The notes below the pieces were generated by a model. That model made no database searches. It was not told the origin of the DNA and was given only the letters and a program-made list of their open reading frames with translations. A DNA stretch of 60,265 nt, the filler included, from Hausera hauseri (lineage: Eukaryota): the NCBI GenBank assembly GCA_046269625.1. It is 10 parts of 10 records of this genome, joined end to end, with 100 filler letters (N's around TTAATTAATTAA, not from the genome) between each part and the next. Parts side by side here need not be neighbours in the genome. Positions count along the whole stretch, not along the records: positions 32,130 to 40,689 come from JBJURY010599888.1; positions 40,790 to 45,623 come from JBJURY010420143.1; positions 45,724 to 60,265 come from JBJURY010599887.1; 7 more parts are not named here. One strand, written 5' to 3'. The position numbers and the translations under genes were made by a program. This document shows positions 35,201-47,556 of the stretch, piece after piece (the first letter of the stretch is position 1; the number at the start of each line of letters is the position of its first letter).

Positions 35201-37311
35201 GTGAATTGCTTTGTGATGTACAATCAAGTGGTATTTGGTGTAAGATGGTCGAATTGAAAATGGTGTTGGATGAAGTGATTTCGACGAGTGAATGAACATT
35301 GGTGGCAGTACCACAATTATCGACATTGAACCTCGATCGAATATCAATATTATAATATAAAAATTTACGAATTGAATTATTGTTATGGAAATTCGAATTA
35401 TTTATTGATTTTCCCAAATTGACCTCCGTGTCCCGATCGACTGCACGGTAGTCGAAATGCTATTGACATGCTCAGCAATGCTGCCAGTGATGCCGCTCCT
35501 CAGACATCGGTGACTGCCGTCAACCAATAAACTATAATGTGATAGAAAATCGGACTCTAGAATTGCCGTCTGGACGTTAGCAACTGTGAACGTCCAGTGG
35601 AAAGGTGAAGGGAATTTTGGTAAGATGAAAGATAATTTATCCATGCCAGAAATGTGCAGCGGTTGACCTAAAGCGGTGTATAAGGGCTTAATTCTGAATG
35701 GTGAATTTTGTACAGGAAAGGTTTGTGATATTAAATAAATTGCTGCACCTGTATCGATGAGGAAATCAACGGATTGCATTGTAGGGGCGGTGATTGCAGC
35801 CTTTAGAGTAAAGACAGCAAAAGAAGCGTGTCGGCATTCAGAAAGTGAAGTAGTGCCTTTGCCAGAGTTTGCCGTGACTTCTGGCGGCAAATTTAGTTTT
35901 TTTGAACAGGTGAACTAGGGCGACTATTGGAAGAAAAGGCAGTACGTCCATCGCTCGTGTCTGGTTTGAAAGTGCAGCCTGGAATGCATTTATGGGCTTG
36001 ATTTTTAAACTTTGCGTGGTAAATGTAAACAAAGATGTCTGAAAAAAACTTTTATTATAATATTTGCAACCTATGCAGCATTTTTTGCACTTTTATTGAA
36101 TCTTCTGTGATAGTAGCAAATAGACGACCGCGCAAGCGATGGTGACCGGTTTCCAGACGCAGAATGCGTGCGGTCAGCAACAAAATTCCTTGGCCGGGAC
36201 AGGGAAAGTTCGTTTAATTTGTTGTTTATATTGTTAATTGTTGCGTGTAGTGCTGTATTTTCGGCACGTAACTGATTTAGTTGTTGCTTTATTGATGTGT
36301 TATTGTTTTGGATACCGGTAGTAGCAACTGCCGCCGAAACGACTGGTGGGAAATTTAAGTATAGAACGTCGGCTAATTCGGCCAATTTCTCAACAGCCGT
36401 GGAGTTCTCCACCACGGTAAGTAGATTCCGAATCTGGATGGGTAAGGCGTTGAGAAAGTAGTGACGCAGTAGTTCGGGATTGTGTTCTTTAGTGACGCCG
36501 AGTGTGCAGATGTACCAAAGACGTGCGTAAAAATTTTGATGGTCGTTGTGTGATTATAGCATTGTCGTGGAAGAAGCGTTGTATGATCGTGTCCATTGAG
36601 GCTTCTGTGATCTTAAGGACTGCGTTGGAAAGTTGTGAACATGGATAAGGAAGTTCAGATATTTCAAGGATGTTGTGAATTCGTGTTTTGATATTGTTAG
36701 GGAGTAAGAAGAGGAGATTGTATGCCTTGGTTAAGGAATCGATAATATTGTTTGCCTGTAGCCACAGTTGATGGAAATGCAACCAAGGTTTGATGAGGCA
36801 TTAGTTATCAATGAAGAATTCAGTGCAGTGAGGGAAAGGACCGGAAGAGGTAGAAGGTAAAGGGTTATTAGCGGAAGTAGGGGTGGGTTTTTGAAGCAGT
36901 ATTACAGATTTTGGTTTCATGGTAGTTTAATGCGTGATGTCTATGGTTGGCGATGGGTTCATGCCACCGCGGTTACGGAAGTGTATATGGAGGTGGATAT
37001 AAGTTGAAGAAGGTTGCAGGGTCCCAACGAGGGGTACTGTGGATCCGTGATATATGAGGAAAAGTCAGGTGAGCGAAGAAAATTGGAGATGACGTAGATA
37101 GCCAGAGTGTTTAGGTGTTAATGCAGTTGTGTAAATATGTTTATTATTTAAAAACAGAAGAGAAAATACGGAATGGTCGTGCAGCCAGGGGCGTTTCGTG
37201 GGGCGTCAGCGAACGGTGCCGTTTGACCAAATGGTATAGGGTGGGCGGCCGGGACTTCAGCCTCGCAGCGGCGAATCCCAAACTTCGAGGTGACCGAGTT
37301 CCCCGCATGCA
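32208..37311 (-). mobile_element. Degenerate Ty3/gypsy LTR retrotransposon, CsRn1-like (copy C), with 5' LTR, lacking PPT/3' LTR
   Basis: gag 36000-36900 (ICYYHRRF), protease FLIDTGAA (~35750), RT 34078-34943 (YIDD), RNase H ~33800-34140, integrase ~32720-33500, tail 32208-32720 homologous to copy B. Confidence 0.95.
37122..37311 (-). repeat. Putative 5' LTR (about 190 bp) of gypsy copy C
   Basis: GC-rich block bounded by TGCA...TGCA with AATAAA near its 3' end, upstream of gag, starting where CDC5L similarity ends; 3' boundary could extend to about 37108. Confidence 0.65.
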
Positions 37312-38212
37312 ATGTTCCTTCATCAGTCACTTTCGGATCTGATAGAATGAGTTTTGTTCTTTTAATTTGTGCAGAATTTGTCGTTGAATTTTTTAGTACT
37401 TCTGGAAGATTCTTCTCGTTTGCGTTTTAATTCTATGTCTTTCACACGTTCCCGCTTTTCGCGTTGTTCTCGAGTTTCAAACTCTAATTCGCTCAATTTT
37501 TACCAATAGCCGACTCAACTGGCTGATAAACTTCGTTGGATGTGTCCTGGAATCCACGTGGAATTGCCTGGTAAAATGGAATGTCATCTCTGTAGTTTAT
37601 ACCAGGTTTCTTCTTGTTGTTTATCGGTTTTCCGATTATTCTCACTTCTGCAAATTCACGTTTTTCCTATACAGCCACTAATCTCCTTGCCATTATCAGC
37701 TGCCTTCCTCGTTCTTTATGTTTGGCCTCTTTTTCTTGTGTATTTTTCAGCCTAGCACGTGCCTTATTCAACATATCAATGTCATCTTCTGCCATGTCAA
37801 TTGGATCAGGTTTGGCTGGTCTACTCTTTGGTCTAAAGTCGGTATCATCTTGTCGTATATTATCTATGTCCGTAATTGCTTCTTTATGAGCACGACTTTT
37901 ATCGATCAGTAAATTGTACTGCTGTACGCATTGTGATGCTGTACATCCAATTATATCTGGTATAGTTCGCCATTGTATCGGCAAGACCTTTCCTAAATGT
38001 AACAGTTTTTCATTTTCATACTTCGTCCATTCGATCTTTTTGACTGTCGGTGATAACCATTCGTACCATCGGGATTTGCACTACTGTGCTGATTTACGAT
38101 GTAACAATGAGGCCACACTGGCCCACTAATTTGTGTCGTATTTTGTGATGGTCTATTTAAGAACTTCATCCTCAACATGTGTCCAAATACCACCCTTCCA
38201 CAAAAGACCCAT
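37312..38212 (-). pseudogene. CDC5L: CDC5L/Cef1 (Myb-domain splicing factor) N-terminal pseudogene, intronless, truncated by gypsy LTR
   Basis: [95 protein letters not shown]; TAG stops at 38153, 38126, 38081 and 37667. Confidence 0.93.
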
Positions 38213-38309
38213 ATTGGAACCGTTTCTCAGATTAGACGGGGGCTTCCTTGGTTGTTGTTTGCACGCAGCAGATAAATCATTGCCTTTGAGTAGCGTTTGT
38301 TTGTTAGCT

Positions 38310-39420
38310 TGTTTGAAGTCGACAACCATCATATCGTTAGTGTTCCTACTGGGGGCTACATGGATAGTTAGCGACGTTTCGTTATAAACTATTTCTGATT
38401 TGTATAAACCGATGTCAACAATGCGGCTCTTTGTTAATCAATCAGGCATGTGTGCCTTCCTGCTGTATACCTCGACATATCTCAGCACCTTACTGGAATC
38501 AGCAGAATTGATACCAAAGTGTACACCAACGATTGCTGAGTTCGGTCGCCGGTTGCTAATGACCATTGCTACTGGGTTTTTGCAAACAACTGTGATACTC
38601 TGTTCCTGATTGGCCGTGAGACTATTAAGTACATCCTGTGAGTACAATTCCAACAGCCGATCTCCACTGAATGAAACATCGTTCGTCTGTTCACAGTGCT
38701 CGAAAAAATTAACGGGAATATGACCACATAATGGATCATCAAGAAAAACGCTATGCTGAGACATGTGCTGCTCTTGTTGACCCTCAATGCTTGTCGTTGG
38801 ACCATAGGTAACTTGATTAAACACATGTGCGAAACCCAAACAATGATATAAATATGATTTTCTGAATGGGTCGCGTAGCCAGTACAATCAATCATAGGTA
38901 GCGGTGGGTTGAGAAGTTAGAAGCCGGGTACGTCAATCGTAGAAAAGCGCTATAGGTACTGTAGCAGTGTGACTACCTATATTATTGACTGTGCGCTATA
39001 GAAAAGTGATAGCATCCGTAACGTTGGTAAGACTGGCTACCGATATGTTAGGCATGTCGAGTGATACTGGTTCGGTACCATTGTGTTTCTCCATTATCTG
39101 AAAAGCAAATCTGTTTGGTTCAACAGCTAAGTAGAATGGTGTGTTGTAGCGTGCACAAACGGCCGTCGGTAAACCTGGTTGAGGGGGAACAGATGCCTAT
39201 CCGGCTAGAGTCAGCGGAGGGTTGTTGCAAGTTATGTTGAAAATTTAATTGGTATCAACGTACAGATCATTAGCACCTATTTCCGAAACGGAACAGAACG
39301 TATATCGGTTATTATTGTAAGAATTTTTAAAATTTGAAGTGGATAAAAATACTAACATTACCTTGTTGGAAAATTTAATATCCGATTGTGAAAAAATAAA
39401 TATACAGATTTTCTGACACC
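38310..39420 (-). pseudogene. UBR4: UBR4 (p600/BIG/poe) internal fragment
   Basis: LAG*ASVPPQPGL..TPFYLAVEPNRFAFQIM, YWLRDPF, IPVNFFEHCEQTNDVSFSGDRLLELYSQ..MVISN..YVEVYSR..SRIVDIGL align in order to recalled UBR4 [78 protein letters not shown]. Confidence 0.8.
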
Positions 39421-40689
39421 ATTTATAGTTTATGTTACTGTTGTAAAATGGAAGCCGTCGAAAAGCGAAAACAATAACTACATAATTAATAATGCTATTA
39501 TAGAAATGACGCCATTTTGTTTTACATTATTCACAATTAATTTGGAAACCGATGTATTATTTAAAGTTTAATTGATGTCACTACAGTCGAAAATTAAATT
39601 ATTTAATCACAAACTAGTTGTAAAAAGGAATATTGCATATAATTCACGAAAGTAAGCAATCGTCAAATGAATTAATTAGAAGCTGCGTACTATATAAAGA
39701 AAGGATCAAAATCAGCAAAAATCATTAAGAATTACGGAGTAGAGACTGATGAAATTTTGTCTTCTGAACTTGACTTGCTATTGATACTGACGAGTTGTGA
39801 AAACTTTTGTCGTTATTGAGTGATTAAGGGTACCCTTTATTTGTTTTTGTTTAAAAATTACATATAATTTTTCATCGTCCCTTAAGGGTGATTTGACGTC
39901 ATTAAGGTCAAACTGATACTTAAATTTTATAGTTAAGAGAGACCATTTATAATCACTGACACAGGACCGCAAGCAATTACCGGCATAGCAATATTCAAAT
40001 CGCTAAGGTACATTCTGTCTATTCTATTACGGTAGACCAAACCGCATATGATTTCGAAATTTCAAGTTAAACTATTATTATTAAGTGGGAGTTGATGAGA
40101 ATTAAGGAAGAACAAGAAGGCAGTGGTGAACCTCAGGTTTGATAATCTTTCACTAAAAACATTAATTTGTCTATTGGATATGGATACTGTTGTCGTTATG
40201 GAAAGTTTCTCAGACTGTTTACTTTGTTTCTTGGTGGCTAATGCCAGTCATCTTTGTGAACTGTGTAGATAAAGCACCAGGCTGAAGCAGGCTGCAGTAA
40301 CTTTCCTGAATCACGTAACTTGCATGGCTTAAGTCCCACCTTTGCAGGGATTGCTGCAAGGTTCTTGTCTTCCTTCTCACTGTGGGATGGTTGTATTGCA
40401 CTGTCTCATCATAGTTCCACTACCGTGGAGAACGTTGTAAGCAAGATTTGCCTCTGACTCCAGGCCACACAAAGTGGAGGTGTTAATCTTGTTGTTAACT
40501 CTGGTATTATCCCAGATATTAATTTAGATCTTTTCTTTTTCAGCCATTTAGGTTTTTGACATTCTGGAGGGGTGGGCCCACTTGGGTCATGACCCCTACC
40601 TAAGTATCATTTCTGTCAATATGTGTGTTTGTGTGTGTCTGATAAAATCCGTATGAGTGTTTACGGCCAGATTAATGGTGGAGAAACTC

Positions 40690-40789
40690 NNNNNNNNNNN
40701 NNNNNNNNNNNNNNNNNNNNNNNNNNNNNNNNNTTAATTAATTAANNNNNNNNNNNNNNNNNNNNNNNNNNNNNNNNNNNNNNNNNNNN
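40690..40789. other. Artificial contig linker
   Basis: N44-TTAATTAATTAA-N44. Confidence 0.99.
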
Positions 40790-41081
40790 CCCTCCAATTC
40801 TGCTCAGCAAGTAGGAGTAGCTCTTCAGGAGGCAAATACCGAGCATTGTCCAAAGGCCGATCGAGATTGTACAGTGGTTCCTGAGACCGTCAAATGAGTA
40901 GTATAAGCTAATGCGTTGTGTCAAGTGAGACATTGTATAACCTTATGGGAAAGAAACACAAGTATTTATAATGCAGTGTAGCTTGAACACACGCACACAC
41001 ACAAATTAAATTGCATTAATACATAAAAACAAACACGTAGCGAAATTATGTATGATTAAATACGGTCAATTAACTTTTTCA

Positions 41082-41318
41082 TTACAATACAAGAGAAGCA
41101 GAAGATACAAGTTTAATGAGGAAATTAATCCGTCGTTGTTGTTGTTGTCGTTTTCGTCTCATTTCATCCTCGATACGTTTTACGAAGAGAAATCTGACTA
41201 GTAATTCAGTATATTCTCGCCTGCTCATTATTCGCGTTTCTGCCAGCTCACATAAAAACTGTTCCGTCATTATATCATTATTCAATCTTTGAATCTCACT
41301 TTCAATTTACTTTTCCAT
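41082..41318 (-). other. Small helical ORF divergent from PolB, possibly a Polinton accessory gene
   Basis: ORF 41082-41285 extends upstream to MEK*IESEIQRLNND; separated from the plus-strand genes by a very AT-rich spacer. Confidence 0.3.
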
Positions 41319-41542
41319 TTGATTAGTAGTAGTAGTAGAAGTATTGGGAACAAATGTTTATAACAGAGTCAGGCAATTTTACAGACTATTCGGGTTATGT
41401 TTAATGTTTATGTATTTTAATTTATTTTATTTATAATTAAAATCTATTTAAATGTTAATTTGTTTAAATTTAAAAATGCTAGCAATATCCCATGTATTGC
41501 GTTTCTCGCATACATGCGGAGGGGGATCAGTGCCATCAACAG

Positions 41543-41737
41543 ATGGCGAAATATTACAACATTGGTCCGGACATATATCTGTGTCCGACGTGTAATAATA
41601 TTTCAGCTCAATGTCCGTACCCCGATTTTTATGAGATGCACATGCATCATCTCGGACCGTTTACGCGATCGAAGAAGATGATGCTAGTGCATTTCCCATG
41701 TACTACGGTACTGTACAAGTACAGTTCACGACGTTGA
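41543..41737 (+). CDS. Small CxxC-x15-HxxH putative zinc-binding protein upstream of PolB
   Basis: IYLCPTC..YPDFYEMHMHHLGPFTRSKK aligns without gaps to the PolB N-terminal module at 41796-41909. Confidence 0.55.
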   Translation: MAKYYNIGPDIYLCPTCNNISAQCPYPDFYEMHMHHLGPFTRSKKMMLVHFPCTTVLYKYSSRR

Positions 41738-41753
41738 TGGTTGCCATAGTGCA

Positions 41754-44700
41754 GTGGAGCAATACTATGGCGCCACAACGGTGCACGGTAAACGGGTCTA
41801 TATTTGCTCCGGTTGTTCAATAGTTTATGATGAAATCAACTATGAACAATTTTATAATGAGCACAAGGACCACTTGAACCAGTTTCAGAGGTCCAAAAAG
41901 AAAATATTAATGGAGGTAGCAAAAAGAAGCATTACCTCAACAAGCAGGAAACGTCAAACATCAATAAGTTGTGACGAATACCTGTACAGAAGCAATATAG
42001 AGCATCAGCAGCAGCAGGAGCAGCAGCAGTAACCGTCCATTACAGTCAAGTACGATCTGAACAGATCGTACGTGGATAAAAGCGAACATGTCGGCGATGA
42101 CGAAAACAACAATTATGCCACAACTGAGACATGTTCCGCAAAATGTGTGCAACCAGTTGGAATCCGAAGTGGAGAAAATCAAGCAACATCGCCAACACCA
42201 CTGCAAAGTGCAATATTATGCACTTACAGAATTTGAAAATCTGCAGGGCGACAGGAAACAATGGTACCTGTCACATCGAGACGAAACGTATTCCGACGAT
42301 TTTATTGCCGACGTAGGCGAAAAGCTCGATGAAAAAATCATTAACTACACCGAAAATGGTAGTGGATGGTGAATTATGCGAATAGTCACCCTCGGCTTTA
42401 TCATAACAAAGTCGGATGATATAATTTACCTGTCCGGGCGATCATTCATACCGACACTTAGAGCTCTAAAGCACTCTTATGCGGTAGTGAATGTAAAAAA
42501 TACTGACGACGAATACTGTTTCATTTACAGTATTCTGGCCGTGTTAAAATATGACCAAGTGGATAGATATAGTACATATTGCCCAAATCAGTACTGGCAG
42601 TATTTTTCCGAATTGGACTTTGATGAATGTTGGATGCCGATGATACTGAAAACCATTCCCATTTTTGAACAGTGTAACCGGACACTGTCAATTAACGTGT
42701 TTCGGTACCATACAATCGTAGAAATACCGGCAGACGAAGAGATTTACAAGAACCGTCATATGGACGTAATCTATAGAAGTCGGAACCCGAATGGACGCCC
42801 AATAAATTGGTTTCTGTTAGAGAAAAATGATGGTGAAAAATTCCATTACGTGGCCGTGACGAATTTGGACAGACTGTTGAACATGCAACATGACCAGTTA
42901 ATCGAAAAGCGTATAGGTTGTAAATGGTACCCTGTATGTCTGCATGGGTTCAGGTCGGAAACAGCATGGGAGAAACATGTGACATTATGCAGACAAAATT
43001 AATCAGGAACAACAATGTATGTTATGCCCGTCAAAAAGGAACTGAAATTCAGTGACTGGTCAAAAACCGACAGTCTGGCATATGTGGTATATGCCGATAT
43101 TAAGGCAATTTTACCACAGCACTACATCTACGACCAAAAGCATGTTCCAATCTCCGTTGGTATGTTGGTTGTTCCAATAAAAGCCGCAGATCGTCAACCA
43201 CAATATTACGTTTTCTACTGATGGAACTATGTCCGCGATTTCCTGCAGCAGTTAGAAACAATAGTAGAAACGGAAATCGCACCCCGGTACAGTAGAAATA
43301 GCAATAAACCTTTGATATGGACAGGTGAAGATGAACGCATGACGTTTGCAGTCACAGGTGAATGTTACCTTTGCCACAAAATATTACCGTTCGACGCCCT
43401 GGAACGGCTCGTACAGGATCACGACCATTTTACCGGTCGATATCTCGGAGCAGCATGCAATTTGTGCAATTTGGGAAGGCGTGTGCGGCCATTCTTTTCG
43501 GTGATTTTTCATAACTTCCGGGGTTATGATTGTCATTATATTCTTAAATTGGCCATAAACGGACTTCCGCACTGGGAACTATATATAATGCCAACAACGA
43601 TGGAGAAATGCCTGTCACTGTCTGCTTGTATTAATTGGTTACAGGTACAGTTTCTTGACTCATTGCAGTTCCTCAATGAGTCTCTAGGAAAGCTGGTAAA
43701 AGCATTGCCAGATGTGCCGCTAACATTGACTCAGTTCCCCATGCATTGCACGTAGCAAAGGCATGTTCTCATATGACTTTGGTATATCGTACAAGCGGCT
43801 TCAGACAGCAGATGAATTACCACCACAATGGCCCGGTATCACAGAAGAAGAATATCACAAAGCACAGGATGCGTGGACAGAGGTTGGATGCAGAAACATG
43901 TTGGAGTACATGCTCCAGTACCTGAAACTGTACGTGTACTTGTTAGCCGATGTCTTTCAGACATTTCGTGCTAAGGCGTTAGCGGAAGATAGACTGTAGC
44001 TGCTAAACTTTTACTTCATACCGGGGATGAGCTGAGCATCGGCAATAATGTCGCTGGACAGGGAAATTGAGCTGTTTCAAGACCCGAAAATGTACCGACT
44101 ATTTGATGTTGGTATTCGTGGCGGCATGACATTTGTCAACAAGCATCACGTAACCAGTGGTGACGATATACAACATCAATGTTGTACATCGATATTAATA
44201 ACCTGTACGGCTGGGCGCTTTCACAACCATTGCCGTGCGGTTCATTTGAATGGATAACGTACAAACAAGAACTGGATACATTGCTGGACAGTCTGCTAGC
44301 AGCAGCAAACACGACAGAAAGCAGCTCAGTCGGCTGCCTAATGGAAGTCGATCTTTTGGTACCAGATGAGCTGCATGACGCTCTAAACGAATTACCCATG
44401 TCACCAATCAGCCAATGTCCACCCTGCTCAAAAGCAAAGAAACTGCTCATGACGCATGAACCCAAATCGAATTACGTGGTTCATTGGCATCGACTGCAGT
44501 TTTACATGCAGCTCAGTGTACGCGTCACACAGATGCATCGTGCAATCCGCTTCAATCAGACGCCAATATTCAAGGCATACATTGATGAAAATTCCGTGAA
44601 ACGAGCCGCAGCTTACACAAAGTTTGAAAAGGACTATTACAAGCTCAAAAACAATTCACTGTACGGGAAAGCAGTGAAGAATCTGAAGAAGCGGCTCAAT

Positions 44701-45436
44701 GTGCGCCTGTGCAACAACGAAAAACGACTGGTTACATACACAAGAAAGGTTCAGTTCAGGCGGTCAATGCACATTGCCGATGGATTGGCTGCGGTGCTGT
44801 GAAACCGGGAAGAAGTCGCTCTGGACCGGCTTAGCTATATCGGACAAGTGGTATTGGACCTGTACACGTTGCGAATGTACGAGCTCCAGTATCGCGACTT
44901 GGCACGTCAGCGCCAAATGTTCGACGGCTGTGAGATAAGTATCGCTGCCGGTGACACAGACAGCTTTTTCTTTGAGCTGGAAAACATCAACCAAGACCAA
45001 CTGATCCGACAAATGATATCAGATAGACTACTGGACACATCCAATTTCCCCCAGAACCATCCTCCGTACAGCAGCGCGATAACAAACAAAATCGGCTGCT
45101 TCAAGGACGAAAGTAAAGGCCGGGTTCAATACAGGGAATGGATATTTTTGCGTCCAAAGTGTTCCAGTCTTCTGAAAGACTGTGAGCCGAAAGTGTGGGC
45201 AAAAGGCATCTAGCTGTAACAGACGGAAATAAATCACGGTGATCATCGCCGTCTATGATGGACAAAAAAACAAAGAAGGAGGAAAGGCTGTTGTGTCTCA
45301 AACGACCATACAATCGATTGAGCACCAGCTGTATACTATCACAAATAAAAAGGATGCTTTGTAATGCAACGATGACAAGCGAAAGTGGGTGGGGCAAAAT
45401 AAGAGTTAGGCGTACGGACATGGGCGTTTAAGATAA
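41754..45436 (+). pseudogene. Polinton/Maverick protein-primed family B DNA polymerase, copy 2 (near full length)
   Basis: VVYADIKA, endonuclease VII-like DHDHFTGRYLGAACNLCNL, FHNFRGYD, FLDSLQF, YIDINNLYGWALS, KLKNNSLYGK, GDTDSFF, FLRPK, AKGI, DDKR..AYGH; multiple stops and frameshifts. Confidence 0.95.
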
Positions 45437-45623
45437 CACACAGTTAGCAACAAAACAGTTCAGTCAGTACAAAGATCACTTGCGACCAGCCAGATCATTG
45501 TGAAATTTGTGATTTTTGTTTGTTTTATATTCATCTGCTGTACATGTGATCAATAACGTATTTGTGCACTAGTTTTTGTCTTCTGTTTTATAACAAGGAA
45601 ATAGGACTCAGTTTGATTATCGA

Positions 45624-45723
45624 NNNNNNNNNNNNNNNNNNNNNNNNNNNNNNNNNNNNNNNNNNNNTTAATTAATTAANNNNNNNNNNNNNNNNNNNNN
45701 NNNNNNNNNNNNNNNNNNNNNNN
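45624..45723. other. Artificial contig linker
   Basis: N44-TTAATTAATTAA-N44. Confidence 0.99.
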
Positions 45724-46029
45724 TGTTTAATGCTTTGTAAATAGATTGTGTTTTCATTCAATGTCTCCATTCTGGACAGCATTTAAGTATGAAATTGACT
45801 GTTTTTTTTTTCAAATGGTTCAAATAATTTCTGGAATATATTCTTGGAAGCTGGATTACTTGTGTAGACAACAATGGAACCAACAGACAACATTGGAAGC
45901 AACATTTGTAAGTCTATGTGCATTATTTTATCAAATGGTAACAAAATAGTGTCGCGCGTGAAGATCATTAAAAATCGCGAAAAGCTGATTAAAAATCATT
46001 AAATTTGGTCTTGGAATTTCTGTAGATAC

Positions 46030-46255
46030 CCTGCATTGGTGAATGCCGTAGGGGAAAGAAGTGTTAGTGCCTTCATTTTTCTAGGCTTCGGCTTTGTGAG
46101 TAGGGGCGCCACTACCTTTTCTCGCCGCATTTATTTCTCTGGTGTTACCCTGGTACCCATTTAAGGCTGGATGAACCTGAGGTCCGGTGGCTGGAATTGA
46201 ACCTACGCCACTAGACCCAGCAGCGAAGTACACTAACCACTCGGCCACCGCGGAC
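46030..46255 (-). mobile_element. tRNA-headed CORE-like SINE, second subfamily
   Basis: Minus strand ccgcggtggccgagtggttagtg..ggttcaattcc..aatgggtacc with a different 3' half. Confidence 0.65.
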
Positions 46256-46494
46256 CTACTTGATCATGTATACTTAAAGTATATAGCAAATCATTCCACT
46301 TAAAATTACGTAGACATTAATTGTGATAGTTTACATGAATCTTCAACGACGGTGCACCTGGACATTAACAGTCCAAGTGGCAAAGCGGTTACAGAGGCTA
46401 GTGGCGTCTTTGCCATAACTGTAGTTTTACAGACCGGTGTTATTCAAATAAGGGTATATAATACCCTTAGGAGAACAAGGGACCTCTCCATAGG

Positions 46495-46930
46495 TCATCA
46501 TCATCATTCATAGCTCCCTACTTTGTAGAACGTCACCCTCATCACAGCCCATCTAAAAGATTCTCTGTCCTTAGTCAGCTTGCCTGCCTCCTTTATATGC
46601 ATTTCATTGTCTCCTTGATGTCCCGTGTACTGGGTCGTCTCTTGCCTTGTGTACCATGAACGGTACCTTCCATTACTGTTATCTCTAAGCCATTATGGTG
46701 TTTAACGTGGCCAAAGTATTTCAGTTTTCAGGACGTGATACTGTTAATGAGCCAGTTGTTCGTGACTTTCAGTTCTTGGAGTATGTGTTTTTTCTCTTTT
46801 TGGTCCATGACATTCTTAGGACTTTTGTGTAGCACTTTATTTCGAATGAATCTATCATTTCATTTATTGCTTGTATAGTAGTCCATGATTCGCATCCATA
46901 GGTCGCCACAGGGAAGAATCATGTTCTTAA
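46495..46930 (-). mobile_element. RTE LINE 3' fragment
   Basis: YGCESWT..IDSFEIKCY..KLKYFGHV..MEGTVHG, ending in a (TGA)n tail. Confidence 0.75.
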
Positions 46931-47229
46931 ATATCTGTGTTGGTTCGTATCATTTCTTTCCTGAACATCTGGAGTCATCCCTTGTCTAAATGTACATATG
47001 CTTATTTGTTTTCTTTTTTATTTCTGCCAGTTCTATAAAACTAACAAGACATATTCTTGAACGTTTTACTCCAACATCAAATTCAAAAGATGCTTTGAAA
47101 ACATCCTCGGAATGAACTCTATTAGTGGCTAAATGTACAAAAAAAGCAATCATACACAACGGGTTGAAGCATTTATTGTCTCTAATGTTTTAATAAAATG
47201 TGAGTTTGATGAGTTTTTGACACTTGTTT

Positions 47230-47556
47230 GATCTCCACATCACCGAGCGCCAGCTCTTCTGGATGAGCCCTAATAAGGGCTGTTGTAGGACTATGGAGGA
47301 GGGTAGTTGAGCTTTCCTGTTGACCCGACGGTGCCTAGGAGTTGGACCAAGCTCCTCCAGGCGGTAGTGAAATGCCTGGCCTCCTAGCAGTGACCCACCA
47401 CTCAACTAGAGACCATCATGAGCCTTCGCCTGTTAGCGGAAGGTTTCCTTACCGTTGTCCTTGGACATGGGCAGAGAATCTTGGCTGACTGATTCGTCAG
47501 CCGGGCACTGTGTATCAGGGTCGGCTATGGGACGCCGCTCCACAGCACCTCCGTCG
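47230..47556 (-). repeat. ~330-bp dispersed repeat, same family as 16245-16596
   Basis: Collinear similarity from gatctccacatcaccg to tgtgtatcagggtcggct..ccgtc. Confidence 0.75.

Noticed and set aside
37088-37104. Possible tRNA-Trp primer-binding site (TGGCTATCTACGTCATC, minus strand)
   Set aside because: Only partial similarity to the expected TGGTGACCCCGACGTGAT; too degenerate to call.
37667-38155. TAG at three conserved Gln positions of CDC5L, suggesting a TAG=Gln genetic code
   Set aside because: CAG to TAG is a simple transition; other in-frame stops replace Trp, Glu or Ala/Ser, frameshifts co-occur, and the intact zinc-finger gene uses CAA/CAG and ends in TAG.
5181-45723. Regularly recurring TTAATTAATTAA palindrome flanked by Ns, and the apparent clustering of Polinton PolB (18960-22992) beside the capsid/integrase block (23093-26277)
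   Set aside because: Artificial 100-bp six-frame-stop linkers; order and orientation across them carry no biological information.
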